Assembly (NCBI GenBank): GCA_964386875.1
Contig: CAYLUK010000001.1
Coordinates: 1-45,294, forward strand
Source of the DNA: an uncultured Gammaproteobacteria bacterium
GTDB lineage: Bacteria > Patescibacteriota > Patescibacteriia > 2-01-FULL-39-33
Length of the DNA: 45,294 bases
Direction: 5' to 3'
Under the pieces are notes generated by a model. That model ran no database searches. It was not told the origin of the DNA and saw only the letters and a list, made by a program, of their open reading frames with translations. A program made the position numbers and the translations under genes. Positions 8,569 to 17,815 of this stretch are shown one piece after another. Position 1 is the stretch's first letter; each line of letters starts with the position of its first letter.

Positions 8569-10173
8569 TTAAAATTTTGACTTATTATTACTTCTCTTTG
8601 TTTTGTCAACTAATTTAACTTTTGCCTTCCAGGTGCCGGAAAAATTACGATTTTCTTCAATAATTTGCTTTTGCTTAGCAAAGCCGGCTCCGACCACCTT
8701 TGGCTTGCGACTTTTATCTCTTTCAATGTCATCACTATACTGATTTTCCAACTCATCTTCAAAATCAAGCTGGTCGTCCAAGTCATCATTAATAACTTTT
8801 GCGTCAATCACATTACTTATTAATTTTTTAGCTAGATTATAGATATCGCCCGCGCCGATTATAAGGATTACATTAAAATCATTTATTTTCTGACGAACCA
8901 ACTCTTCAGTTTGTTCCAAGTCGCCGCCATATTCAATATTGGCAGCTTGAGCTAGCTTCTTTGAACTGACATCAAAATCCTGCGGGTCTTCCCGACCATG
9001 AACATAAAAAATATCACTAATAATGGCCTGATCAGCTTCACTAAAACTAATAGCAAACTGATTAAAAAAATTCTTGGTCCGATTATACTGGTGGGGTTGG
9101 AAGACGATTAAAACCTTCTGGCCCGGGTAAAATTCTTTCGCCGCCGAAATGGTCTGACTTAAGGCACTGGGCGTATGAGCATAATCAGTAATAATCACAC
9201 TGTCACCAACTTTACCTAGTTTCTGCCACCGTCGCCAAGTCCCAGTAAATTCCGCCAAAGATTTTTGACTAATCTTAAAATCAATTTTCACTGCCATGGC
9301 AACAGAAATAGCGCACAGGGCATTGTATATATTATACCGAGCAGGAATAGAAAGCTTAATCTGCCCCAAATTTACATCATCATGGATAAGATCAAAAATC
9401 TGCTGACCGTTTTCTAGCTTAATATTACTTGCCATCAAATTTGCCTGACTGGCGATACCATAAGTTATGATTTTTGTTTTCACGCCTTTGGCCACGTCCA
9501 AAGAATTTTTGTCATCATTATTAATGACGACGAATCCGCCTTTGGGAACCTGTTTTAAATACTGACTAAAAGTATGTTTAATTTCAGCTAAGTCCTGATA
9601 ACAGTCAAGATGATCAGCCAAAATATTTGTAATGGCGGCGATTTGGGGTTTGTAGTTTAAGAACGCTTTCTGATATTCATCACTTTCAAAAATAAAATAC
9701 TTGTTATTACCGACTCGAGAATTACCACCCAAGAAATCTACCTTACTGCCAATGACCACGGTCGGATCAAAACCAGCATCAATTAAAATTTTACTAATCA
9801 TCGCCGTGGTGGTGGTCTTGCCGTCCGTACCTGACACGCCAATACCATATCTGTCTTTTAATAATAGTCCCAAAAGTTGTGGATAGGTCAACTGATTAAT
9901 TCCGAGCTTTTGGGCGGATTGCCGTTCAATATTATCTACTGGCACTGCCACCGAATAAACCACCAGCTCAATGTCACTATTAATATTGTCTTGACTCTGC
10001 GGTATTAAAATTTTGATTCCCTCTTGCTCCAGCTGTTCAGTAATTTCACTACTGGTCGCATCACTGCCAATTATCTTATGTTGACCATCATTTAATATCC
10101 GAGCAACAGCGGAAATTCCAATCCCGCCAATGCCGATAAAATGAATCTTTTTTATTTTTTTTAAATTAATCAT
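8569..10173 (-). CDS. murC: UDP-N-acetylmuramate--L-alanine ligase MurC with an ~82-aa C-terminal tail
   Basis: HFIGIGGIGISA and GTDGKTTT motifs. Start moved to ATG 10173 (MINLKKIKKIHFIG), 1 nt from the murG stop. Confidence 0.92.
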   Translation of the reverse strand: MINLKKIKKIHFIGIGGIGISAVARILNDGQHKIIGSDATSSEITEQLEQEGIKILIPQSQDNINSDIELVVYSVAVPVDNIERQSAQKLGINQLTYPQLLGLLLKDRYGIGVSGTDGKTTTTAMISKILIDAGFDPTVVIGSKVDFLGGNSRVGNNKYFIFESDEYQKAFLNYKPQIAAITNILADHLDCYQDLAEIKHTFSQYLKQVPKGGFVVINNDDKNSLDVAKGVKTKIITYGIASQANLMASNIKLENGQQIFDLIHDDVNLGQIKLSIPARYNIYNALCAISVAMAVKIDFKISQKSLAEFTGTWRRWQKLGKVGDSVIITDYAHTPSALSQTISAAKEFYPGQKVLIVFQPHQYNRTKNFFNQFAISFSEADQAIISDIFYVHGREDPQDFDVSSKKLAQAANIEYGGDLEQTEELVRQKINDFNVILIIGAGDIYNLAKKLISNVIDAKVINDDLDDQLDFEDELENQYSDDIERDKSRKPKVVGAGFAKQKQIIEENRNFSGTWKAKVKLVDKTKRSNNKSKF

Positions 10174-10174
10174 A

Positions 10175-11230
10175 TTATTTGGCGATATCGAGCAAAAGCT
10201 TGGCGACATTGGCCGCGCCGTTAAGATCCATCATTTTGGCAATATTTCTTGACAAATTCTCACGGTTGGATTGATTAAACATAAACTCTTTAATAGAACT
10301 GACGAAAATCTCCTTATTAAGTGACTCTTGTCTCATTACAAAAGCAGCATTATTTTTCTGAAAATAAGCGGCATTATATTCTTGATGTCCCGGCAGTGGT
10401 ATAAGAATTGTTGGCTTATGTAAAATGACCAGCTCTGACAAAGTGGACATGCCAGCCCGAGACACCACCATGTCGGCCGCGCATAATGCTTCCGTCATAT
10501 CATTAGTGAGAAATTCAAATTGCTGATAACCGTCAGCTTGAATATCCAGTTGCTTGCCATGACCAGTAAGATGAATCACTTGAGTAAATTGTAAAATATC
10601 AGCCAATGATTGAGACAGCACCTCATTAATTTTTTGCGAACCAGTACCGCCACCCAACACCAAAAGCACTGGCCGATCTGATTTGAGCTTGAATATCTGC
10701 CGACCCCGTTCTTGACTACAACTGTAATATTCATCTCTAACTGGATTGCCAGTTAAGACCGTCTTACCCGGAAAGAAATCTTTGGCTGATATCTCATAAG
10801 AGATAGATATCTTGGTGGCGAAATTTGCCATCAGCTTATTAGCCAACCCAGTAATGACATCTTGCTGATGGATTAAAAGCGGCCGGCGTAATATCCCAGC
10901 CATCCAAGCGACTGGCACGCCCACAAAACTGCCGGCCACCATCACCACATTGGGCCGAAATTTTATAATAATAAAAAAGCTTTGGATAAAGCCAAACAAA
11001 ATTCGAATTGGGTCAGTAAAATTATACCAACTGAAATACCGCCTCAATTTTCCGGCCGAGATCGCTTGAAATTTCAAATTATAACTTTCAACGGCCTTTT
11101 TCTCTGGTCCGTTTTTTGAGCCGACAAACAAAACTTCAATATTTGGGTCAGTCTGCTTCAGCTTCTCATAAACAGCGATTAATGGGCTGACTGATCCCAT
11201 TGTACCGCCACCGGCAAGTAGTATCTTCAT
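10175..11230 (-). CDS. murG: Lipid II synthase (undecaprenyl-PP-MurNAc-pentapeptide GlcNAc transferase) MurG
   Basis: GT28 N-terminal G-loop (LAGGGTMGSVSP), C-terminal GGGTGSQ, dcw context. Confidence 0.92.
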   Translation of the reverse strand: MKILLAGGGTMGSVSPLIAVYEKLKQTDPNIEVLFVGSKNGPEKKAVESYNLKFQAISAGKLRRYFSWYNFTDPIRILFGFIQSFFIIIKFRPNVVMVAGSFVGVPVAWMAGILRRPLLIHQQDVITGLANKLMANFATKISISYEISAKDFFPGKTVLTGNPVRDEYYSCSQERGRQIFKLKSDRPVLLVLGGGTGSQKINEVLSQSLADILQFTQVIHLTGHGKQLDIQADGYQQFEFLTNDMTEALCAADMVVSRAGMSTLSELVILHKPTILIPLPGHQEYNAAYFQKNNAAFVMRQESLNKEIFVSSIKEFMFNQSNRENLSRNIAKMMDLNGAANVAKLLLDIAK

Positions 11231-11303
11231 AATGATATTTTAAAATTAAAAATTTGCCTTATAACCCTGCTCAACCAAAGACGACAGCTAGTACAAACTA
11301 CTA

Positions 11304-12461
11304 TTAATCTTGTGGACCGACTTGCTTTGATATATTAACCAAAATCCCCGCTGCTGCCAAGCAGGTCATCAATGCCGTGCCACCATATGAAATAAATGGC
11401 AGTGGTACGCCAGTGAGTGGCAAGAGGCCAATAATCGCCCCGATATTTAGAAATGCCTGAACTGTAAACCAAATAATAATGCCAATCGCCAGCAGACGCC
11501 CAAAAGGATCACGACAACTCTGCGCCATCTTTATTACCCGAATAAAAAGCATAATAAAAGCAACTACTACTAAGGCCGAAATTATAAAACCCAGCTCCTC
11601 GGCAATCACTGCAAAAATAGAATCACCAGTCACCTCCGGCAAATAGGCAAATTTCTGCCTTGAGTGGCCAAACCCACGACCCAACCAACCACCAGAACCG
11701 ACTGCCAGCAGGGCCTGACTAATATGATAGCCAATGCCTTGGGGGTCAAGCTCGGGGTGAAGGAAAGTGGTCAGTCGATCTGCCCGATATTTCGAAGTCT
11801 TAATCATTAATACTAATCCACCAACCCCGACCACGGTCAGCCACGAAAGATGCATTAAACTACCACCCGCCACATAATACACTAAAAGCGAAGTGACCAC
11901 AATAATTGACATAGTGCCGAAATCAGGCTGAGAAATTATCAAGCCGGTGATAATGACCAAGACTGACAAAAACGGCAAAAATCCATAATGAAAATCCTTA
12001 ATATGCTTCTCACCCCGTGCTGACAGCCAAGCCACTAAATAAATTAAAAATGTCAGCTTGACGATTTCTGACGGCTGGAGTGAAAAACCAAAAAAATTAA
12101 TCCAGCTATGGGCGCCAGTTTGGTTGGCAGAACCAATTCCCGGAATAAAGACCAAAACCAACAAAACAATTGAAATAATCAAAAACGGTCCGGCTAGTGC
12201 CTTAAGCTTATAATAATCAAGCCGGGAAAAAATAATAAACAACAGCAGTCCCGGTAAAAGACCAAACAAAATTTGGTGCTTCACATGCCAATAACTGTCA
12301 CCAAAATTCTGCCAGCCCATGGCGGCGCCAGCTGATGATAGCATCACCAAACCAAACACAGTCAAAAAACCGATCAACCCGACCAAATACCAATCTGGCG
12401 GTTGGTTTTTTTGACCATAGATAATATCTTTGACAAATGATTTTAGATTTATTTTGCTCAT
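11304..12461 (-). CDS. ftsW: SEDS-family peptidoglycan polymerase FtsW
   Basis: About 10 TM segments. SEDS motifs (QPSE..K, PDFGT, LPLTGVPLPFISYGGT). Located between murD and murG. Confidence 0.9.
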   Translation of the reverse strand: MSKINLKSFVKDIIYGQKNQPPDWYLVGLIGFLTVFGLVMLSSAGAAMGWQNFGDSYWHVKHQILFGLLPGLLLFIIFSRLDYYKLKALAGPFLIISIVLLVLVFIPGIGSANQTGAHSWINFFGFSLQPSEIVKLTFLIYLVAWLSARGEKHIKDFHYGFLPFLSVLVIITGLIISQPDFGTMSIIVVTSLLVYYVAGGSLMHLSWLTVVGVGGLVLMIKTSKYRADRLTTFLHPELDPQGIGYHISQALLAVGSGGWLGRGFGHSRQKFAYLPEVTGDSIFAVIAEELGFIISALVVVAFIMLFIRVIKMAQSCRDPFGRLLAIGIIIWFTVQAFLNIGAIIGLLPLTGVPLPFISYGGTALMTCLAAAGILVNISKQVGPQD

Positions 12462-12520
12462 TATTTATTTTACCTCATTGAATAGACAACTTGAATTGTC
12501 AAAAATTATTTCAGAATTTT

Positions 12521-13954
12521 TTATTCAATAGGGTAAATTCTACTAACTATCTTTTTAAACTGGTCACCTCGGTCAAATTCATTCTTAAAAAGTCCAAAAC
12601 TGGCACAAGCCGGACTAAGAAGTATTATATCACCTTTTCTGGCAAAACTTCCTGCCAGCCCAACCGCATCAGTTATAGATGACACCTCGGTAACTGGCAA
12701 CTGATAATTAATAACTGATAACTTTTTCCACAATCTATCTGTGCCTAATCCTTTCAGCAGTATCACTGCTTGGCAGTGCTTTTTTATTTCTTTGGCCAAC
12801 TGTTTAAAATCTAAGCCCTTGTCACTGCCACCAGCAATCAAAATAATTCTACCCCCTCCCAGCCTTCTCCTTGTAAAGGTGGGGGAAGTTAGGGCGCGAA
12901 GCGCCGCCATTGTCGCTTCGGGCGTGGTAGAAGTGGTGTCATTATAATATTTTACGCCCTTAACTTCGCGGATTAGTTCAAGTCGATCAGCAATGCCTAC
13001 GAAAGCACCGACAATCTTTTTGATCACACTAGTTTTGACACCAAAAATCATACCAACACAAATCGCTGATAAAGCGTTATAAAGATTATGCTCACCCAAT
13101 AATTTAATGTCACGAGTCGCCATGACTTTCTCCATCTTCTCGTCTCGCCGGAAATAAATATAATTATCCCGCACAAAACAGCCATTCTCAACTTTAAAAT
13201 CTTTCAGTGATATCCAAAATCGTTGAGCTGGTACTTTTTGACCTAGTTGACGCGTATATTTATTGTCACGATTAATCACCACAAAATCTTGGGCGTTCTG
13301 CCACTTGAATATATTTTCTTTAGCAGAGATATAATCCTTCATATCGCGGTATGTATTGAGGTGATCAGGATAAATATTGGTAAAGACTGAAATGTGCGGA
13401 CTGATCTGATGCGACTCCAAGCTTTCCAACATCCAAGACGATAACTCCAACACTGCCAATCCATGTTTTTTTATCTTACTCAACTGTGATAATGGCGATC
13501 GGCTGATGTTGCCACCAAGAATTGATTTTGGCTCGACATATTTAATAATATCATAAATCAAGCTGGTCGTGGTGCTTTTGCCTCTGGTGCCGGTGATGCC
13601 AATTATTCGTTTGCGGTCTACTAATTGGAAAAAGATTGAAATATCGGTCTCAATTGGAATTTTATATTTGGTCGCAATTTTCAAATATTTAGATGAGCTG
13701 GGCACGCCCGGATTTTTGACTACCAACGTCACGTTTTTGAAATCTTGCTCTTGATGTCGGCCGAGAATAAATGTAATTTTCTTAGCGGACGGACCGAATC
13801 GCTTAATCTGCTGGTCTAATTCCTGGTTAGATTTTAAATCAGTCACTGTCACTTTGGCGCCCCGCTCAACTAAAAACTTAGTAGCAGAAATTCCGCTACC
13901 ATAGAGATATAGGCCAAGGCCCATTACAGTCACTTTTTTATCTTTGAAGTCCAT
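12521..13954 (-). CDS. murD: UDP-N-acetylmuramoylalanine--D-glutamate ligase MurD
   Basis: ITGTRGKSTTT P-loop, Mur ligase middle and C-terminal domains, dcw context. Small GC-rich in-frame insert at 12851-12889. Confidence 0.92.
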   Translation of the reverse strand: MDFKDKKVTVMGLGLYLYGSGISATKFLVERGAKVTVTDLKSNQELDQQIKRFGPSAKKITFILGRHQEQDFKNVTLVVKNPGVPSSSKYLKIATKYKIPIETDISIFFQLVDRKRIIGITGTRGKSTTTSLIYDIIKYVEPKSILGGNISRSPLSQLSKIKKHGLAVLELSSWMLESLESHQISPHISVFTNIYPDHLNTYRDMKDYISAKENIFKWQNAQDFVVINRDNKYTRQLGQKVPAQRFWISLKDFKVENGCFVRDNYIYFRRDEKMEKVMATRDIKLLGEHNLYNALSAICVGMIFGVKTSVIKKIVGAFVGIADRLELIREVKGVKYYNDTTSTTPEATMAALRALTSPTFTRRRLGGGRIILIAGGSDKGLDFKQLAKEIKKHCQAVILLKGLGTDRLWKKLSVINYQLPVTEVSSITDAVGLAGSFARKGDIILLSPACASFGLFKNEFDRGDQFKKIVSRIYPIE

Positions 13955-14000
13955 ATATTATTAATGGTAATGAGATAATTATTGCTACGCAACATGGTAA

Positions 14001-14119
14001 AATTTAGATATTTTGAGGCAAGACGAGAAAAACCAGAAAAATGATTTGAAGCGTAATAGAGGTTACGGTGAAAATCATTTTTTGCAGTTTGACGACGTAT
14101 TGCCTTAAAATAGCAAATT
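14001..14119. repeat. 119-nt structured intergenic repeat, copy A (overlaps the last 5 codons of the CofE-like gene)
   Basis: Aligns without gaps to 14887-15005 with 12 mismatches (hand count). Nested inverted repeats. Confidence 0.85.
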
Positions 14120-14779
14120 TCTAACAATTGCAATAGGGGTTTGTTCGTCAGACTGCCCCAGCGGATTATCAGCAAATAATTTCACTGCCAATTCCTTATC
14201 TGCCCCAACACTGGCACCCAACACATCCACACCCAGATCATTAGCATCAATAATAATTACTTTGACGTTATATCTATCACTCAACTTCTGCGCCACATAG
14301 TCGGGATCTTTGGGGCCGAGCACAGCATATTTATTGTAAGGTGGCAGGGTATAATCACACGGTCCGTCAATCGCATTGACCCCATGGCCAGCCACATGAT
14401 AAAAAACTCCTTTAATGCCAAATAGTTTAGTGATAGCTGATACAACTGCGGCTAATAAGATTCTAATTGCGCCCGCTTCATTAATTGCCAGTTGCATCGT
14501 CTGAGGCCGAGCTAGTCCAATACCATAAGGTGATTTGTAAACGAATTTGACCAGTAGCTTTGCCAGCCGTCCGACTTTAATCTCATCAATCTTATAAGCC
14601 CGGCCTTGGGTAATTGCCACGACTCGTTCGGAAATAAATAGATAGTCCTCCGGCTTCAGCTGATCACTAGCGTATTTTTCTACCACTTCAAAAATATCAT
14701 CGTCTTTGGTGATAATATGAGTCCGGATATGAATCCGATTATAATTTTGATCGCCGACTTTTATTTGCGTTATAGTCAT
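14105..14779 (-). CDS. CofE-like (F420-0:gamma-glutamyl ligase family) protein
   Basis: 224 aa. ISERVVAITQGR, IIIDANDLG and NPLGQSDEQTPIAIVR resemble the F420_ligase fold family. The substrate here is unknown. Confidence 0.7.
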   Translation of the reverse strand: MTITQIKVGDQNYNRIHIRTHIITKDDDIFEVVEKYASDQLKPEDYLFISERVVAITQGRAYKIDEIKVGRLAKLLVKFVYKSPYGIGLARPQTMQLAINEAGAIRILLAAVVSAITKLFGIKGVFYHVAGHGVNAIDGPCDYTLPPYNKYAVLGPKDPDYVAQKLSDRYNVKVIIIDANDLGVDVLGASVGADKELAVKLFADNPLGQSDEQTPIAIVRNLLF

Positions 14780-14886
14780 CTTTATATAAAAAATTAAGAA
14801 ATTTAAAAAATAAAAAATTATTTTTTCTATCGACGAAATAATTATAATTATCTCGACGAGATGATTAGATAACTATTTTATAGCAG

Positions 14887-15005
14887 AATTTAGATATTTT
14901 CAGGCAAGACGAGGAAAACCAAAGAAATGATTTGAGGCGTAATAGACATTACGGTGATAATCATTTCTTGCAGTTTGACGAAGTATTGGCTGAAAATAGC
15001 AAATT
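14887..15005. repeat. 119-nt structured intergenic repeat, copy B (21 nt downstream of the FG-GAP/Ldt gene stop)
   Basis: See copy A. Confidence 0.85.
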
Positions 15006-15026
15006 ATGATGAAAATAGTTATGTAA

Positions 15027-16412
15027 TTATCTCGTAACATCTATTCTATCACCGATTTGAATCCAACTGAAAAATTTGTCAGAGGCATCGTCAGCCAATC
15101 TTACACAGCCATGACTGACTGCCGTGCCAAGCGACCGGGACCCTTCTTTGACGCCATTGATATAAGGCAAACTGTGAATGCCATTTTCCAAATTACCAGA
15201 AGTGTAAAAACCGACAAAATTTGGCATACCCCAAGTCTGACCGTCACCAGCGCCATAGGCCATGGTATATTTTGAGATCGCCTTAAACTGACCCAGTCGA
15301 GTTGGCGTTGACGGCTTGCCAGTGGACGTAATCAGCCTTGCCAGTTCATAACCATTGTCATAATAAGTAAAGGTCTGATCTGATATATCAATATTTAAAT
15401 AATGCCCCAGGGGAATGCTACGATTTTTCCGTCGAGCAATAATTGATGTCAGCTCCAATTTACCATCACCAGTCAAATCGCCAACACCGATATTTAAGCC
15501 ATTATCATCTTTTTCATCCCCAACCAAAAAACTGGCTCTAACTTTAAATTGATTATCAAATATTTTTATGTGCAGTGCACCGGTAAATCCCGGCGAAGTA
15601 ATAATCTCTTCTTTACCGTCACCATCAATATCTGCTCCAATAGCCATGACTCCGCCTCGAAATTCTTTCTCATACGCCAAAAATTCATTCCTCAAACTAC
15701 CGTTTCCTCGATACACTGTCACCTTAGGCACACTGCCATATGATCCGGAAATCAAAATCTCATCAACACCATCACCATCAATATCAACCTCAGCAACATT
15801 AATCCCTCGTGTGCCACCAAAATCATCCACCTCAAAATCGCCAACCATCTCCCCTCGAAAATTAAATATTCTAACCTGGGGCTTGGCGCCATAGCCAGAT
15901 GCCACCACAATTTCATCTTTATCGTCGCCATCAATATCAGCCGTTGCAACGCTAACACCATTACGATATAAAGCCTCATTAAACGCAAAAAATCCAGACT
16001 GAACCGCAATTCTACCATAGCTATCAAATATTCTAATCTGCGGTCCTCCGCCCTCGCCCGCGCCGGTAATAATCTCACGCTTGCCATCACCATTAATATC
16101 ACCCACTGCCACACTGACGCCACCTTTAAAATTCTGGCCGTAAGCATAAAACTCATTCAACTTTGAACCATCAGCGCGATAAAGATAAACTTTCGGTTCT
16201 TGTCCAGACAGCGAACCCAAGATGATTTCACTTTTGCCATCACGACCCAAATCAGCAATCACCATGTTATACCCCTGAACGCCCCAAAAAGGCAAATCCA
16301 GACTGCCAATACTCCTTAATCCATCAAAGCTGATGAGATTAAGTGGCACCGCCAATGAAATCGTAACAAAACCAAAAATAAACACCGACGCAAACAATAA
16401 CACCAATTTCAT
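15027..16412 (-). CDS. Secreted FG-GAP/VCBS-repeat protein fused to a C-terminal L,D-transpeptidase (YkuD) domain
   Basis: YkuD signature ...LGTAVSHGCVRL near the C-terminus. Repeats of type DINGDGKREII, DIDGDDKDEIV, DIDGDGVDEIL, DIDGDGKEEII. Signal/TM MKLVLLFASVFIFGFVTISLA. Start uncertain: ATG 16412 chosen, the track uses TTG 16457. Confidence 0.8.
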   Translation of the reverse strand: MKLVLLFASVFIFGFVTISLAVPLNLISFDGLRSIGSLDLPFWGVQGYNMVIADLGRDGKSEIILGSLSGQEPKVYLYRADGSKLNEFYAYGQNFKGGVSVAVGDINGDGKREIITGAGEGGGPQIRIFDSYGRIAVQSGFFAFNEALYRNGVSVATADIDGDDKDEIVVASGYGAKPQVRIFNFRGEMVGDFEVDDFGGTRGINVAEVDIDGDGVDEILISGSYGSVPKVTVYRGNGSLRNEFLAYEKEFRGGVMAIGADIDGDGKEEIITSPGFTGALHIKIFDNQFKVRASFLVGDEKDDNGLNIGVGDLTGDGKLELTSIIARRKNRSIPLGHYLNIDISDQTFTYYDNGYELARLITSTGKPSTPTRLGQFKAISKYTMAYGAGDGQTWGMPNFVGFYTSGNLENGIHSLPYINGVKEGSRSLGTAVSHGCVRLADDASDKFFSWIQIGDRIDVTR

Positions 16413-16602
16413 TCTATTTCCCAACATAAAAAATAAAGATAAAGATACAATAAACAAGGGTACAAGGATACAAACAAATTACAAATGTTTAATAATCAAA
16501 CATTTTTTTAATCAAGATACAAATAGATTTTGTTTTTTTGATATTTAATTCCTTGTATTTTGTTTGTTTCTTGCTTTCTTGTAACTTGTCTGTTGCTATT
16601 CA

Positions 16603-17658
16603 TTAGTTCCACCCACCCCGATCCATCAAAAATACCACTAGCCCAATCACGGACATCATCCCGGCAATCACCCAAAACCTCATCACCACTTTAGTCTCGG
16701 GCCAACCCTTGGCCTCAAAATGATGATGAATCGGCGCTGATAAAAATATTTTTTTGCCTTGACGCAATTTCTTTGATGATATCTGAATGATTACTGATAA
16801 TGATTCAACTACAAATAAAAGGCCAATCACCGGCAAAAGAAAAACCGCATTGGTCATCAACGCAATAATCGCCAAAGTGACACCAAGTGACATTGCGCCA
16901 GTATCACCCATAAAGAACCTAGCTGGCGCAATATTAAACCATAAAAACGCTAACAGCGCTCCAGCAATCACGCCACAAAATGTTGCCAAATCATAACGTC
17001 CTTGGACAAACGCAATCGTGCCAAATGATAAAAAAGCCGCCATCAGCGTCCCGCCGGCCAGGCCGTCCAAACCGTCTGTTTCATTGACAGAAAAAGCCGT
17101 TCCCACAACAATGAAAATAACAAACGGAATAAACCACAAGCCGATATTATATGTTGCCAAAAAAGGAATTCTAATAAAATCCCAGTCCAGTTTGAAATAA
17201 AACCACCAAGCCACCACCAGTGATATCACCGTATAAACCATTAGCCGATGTTTAATTGATAATCCGCCACCATAAGGCCCAATCTTTTTGACATTTAAAA
17301 AGTCATCTATCAACCCAACAAACGCCGTCGCCACCAGTGCTCCCAAAGGCAACCAAGTCTGGGATCTACTTAGAAAATCAAATTTAGAAAATTCACCACC
17401 AAACCAAACACCAAGATAATGGAACACCACTGCAAAAACTAAAACCGTCACCCAAACCAACAGTCCACCCATTACTGGCGTGCCTGATTTATTCTCATGT
17501 AATTGTGAATAGATTGGCGCTTTATTAGAAGTCCTAATCTGCTTGCCTAATTTGTACTTATATAAAAAATAAGTTAAGAGTGGCGTCCAGCCAATGGCCA
17601 CGATAAATGATAAAAAAGTGAGAAAAAAAATCTTGATCACGTAGAATTCAATAGTCAT
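16603..17658 (-). CDS. mraY: Phospho-N-acetylmuramoyl-pentapeptide transferase MraY
   Basis: LIDDFLN, NETDGLDGLA, FMGDTGAMSLG and HHHFE motifs. Confidence 0.95.
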   Translation of the reverse strand: MTIEFYVIKIFFLTFLSFIVAIGWTPLLTYFLYKYKLGKQIRTSNKAPIYSQLHENKSGTPVMGGLLVWVTVLVFAVVFHYLGVWFGGEFSKFDFLSRSQTWLPLGALVATAFVGLIDDFLNVKKIGPYGGGLSIKHRLMVYTVISLVVAWWFYFKLDWDFIRIPFLATYNIGLWFIPFVIFIVVGTAFSVNETDGLDGLAGGTLMAAFLSFGTIAFVQGRYDLATFCGVIAGALLAFLWFNIAPARFFMGDTGAMSLGVTLAIIALMTNAVFLLPVIGLLFVVESLSVIIQISSKKLRQGKKIFLSAPIHHHFEAKGWPETKVVMRFWVIAGMMSVIGLVVFLMDRGGWN

Positions 17659-17815
17659 AATAATAAAAAATTAAGAAATTAAGAAAATAAATTCCAAATC
17701 ACAAATCACAATTTTAAAATAAATATCAAATTTCAATTTAAAACATTTTTTATAATTTAATATTGATAATTGAGTTTTGTTTATAATTTGGTGTTTGATT
17801 ATTGATAATTTTTCT

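Noticed and set aside
14001-15005. The 119-nt repeats as a CRISPR array, tRNA-like gene or known riboswitch.
   Set aside because: There are only two copies 886 nt apart with a gene between them. There is no cloverleaf or T-loop motif, and I recognise no riboswitch core.
16458-16602. Imperfect long-range inverted repeats (TACAAGGA/TCCTTGTA; AAATGTTT/AAACATTT) in the mraY-Ldt intergenic region, as a distinct element.
   Set aside because: The arms are short and AT-rich in low-complexity DNA. They are most simply a weak terminator or chance symmetry, and no second copy was seen.
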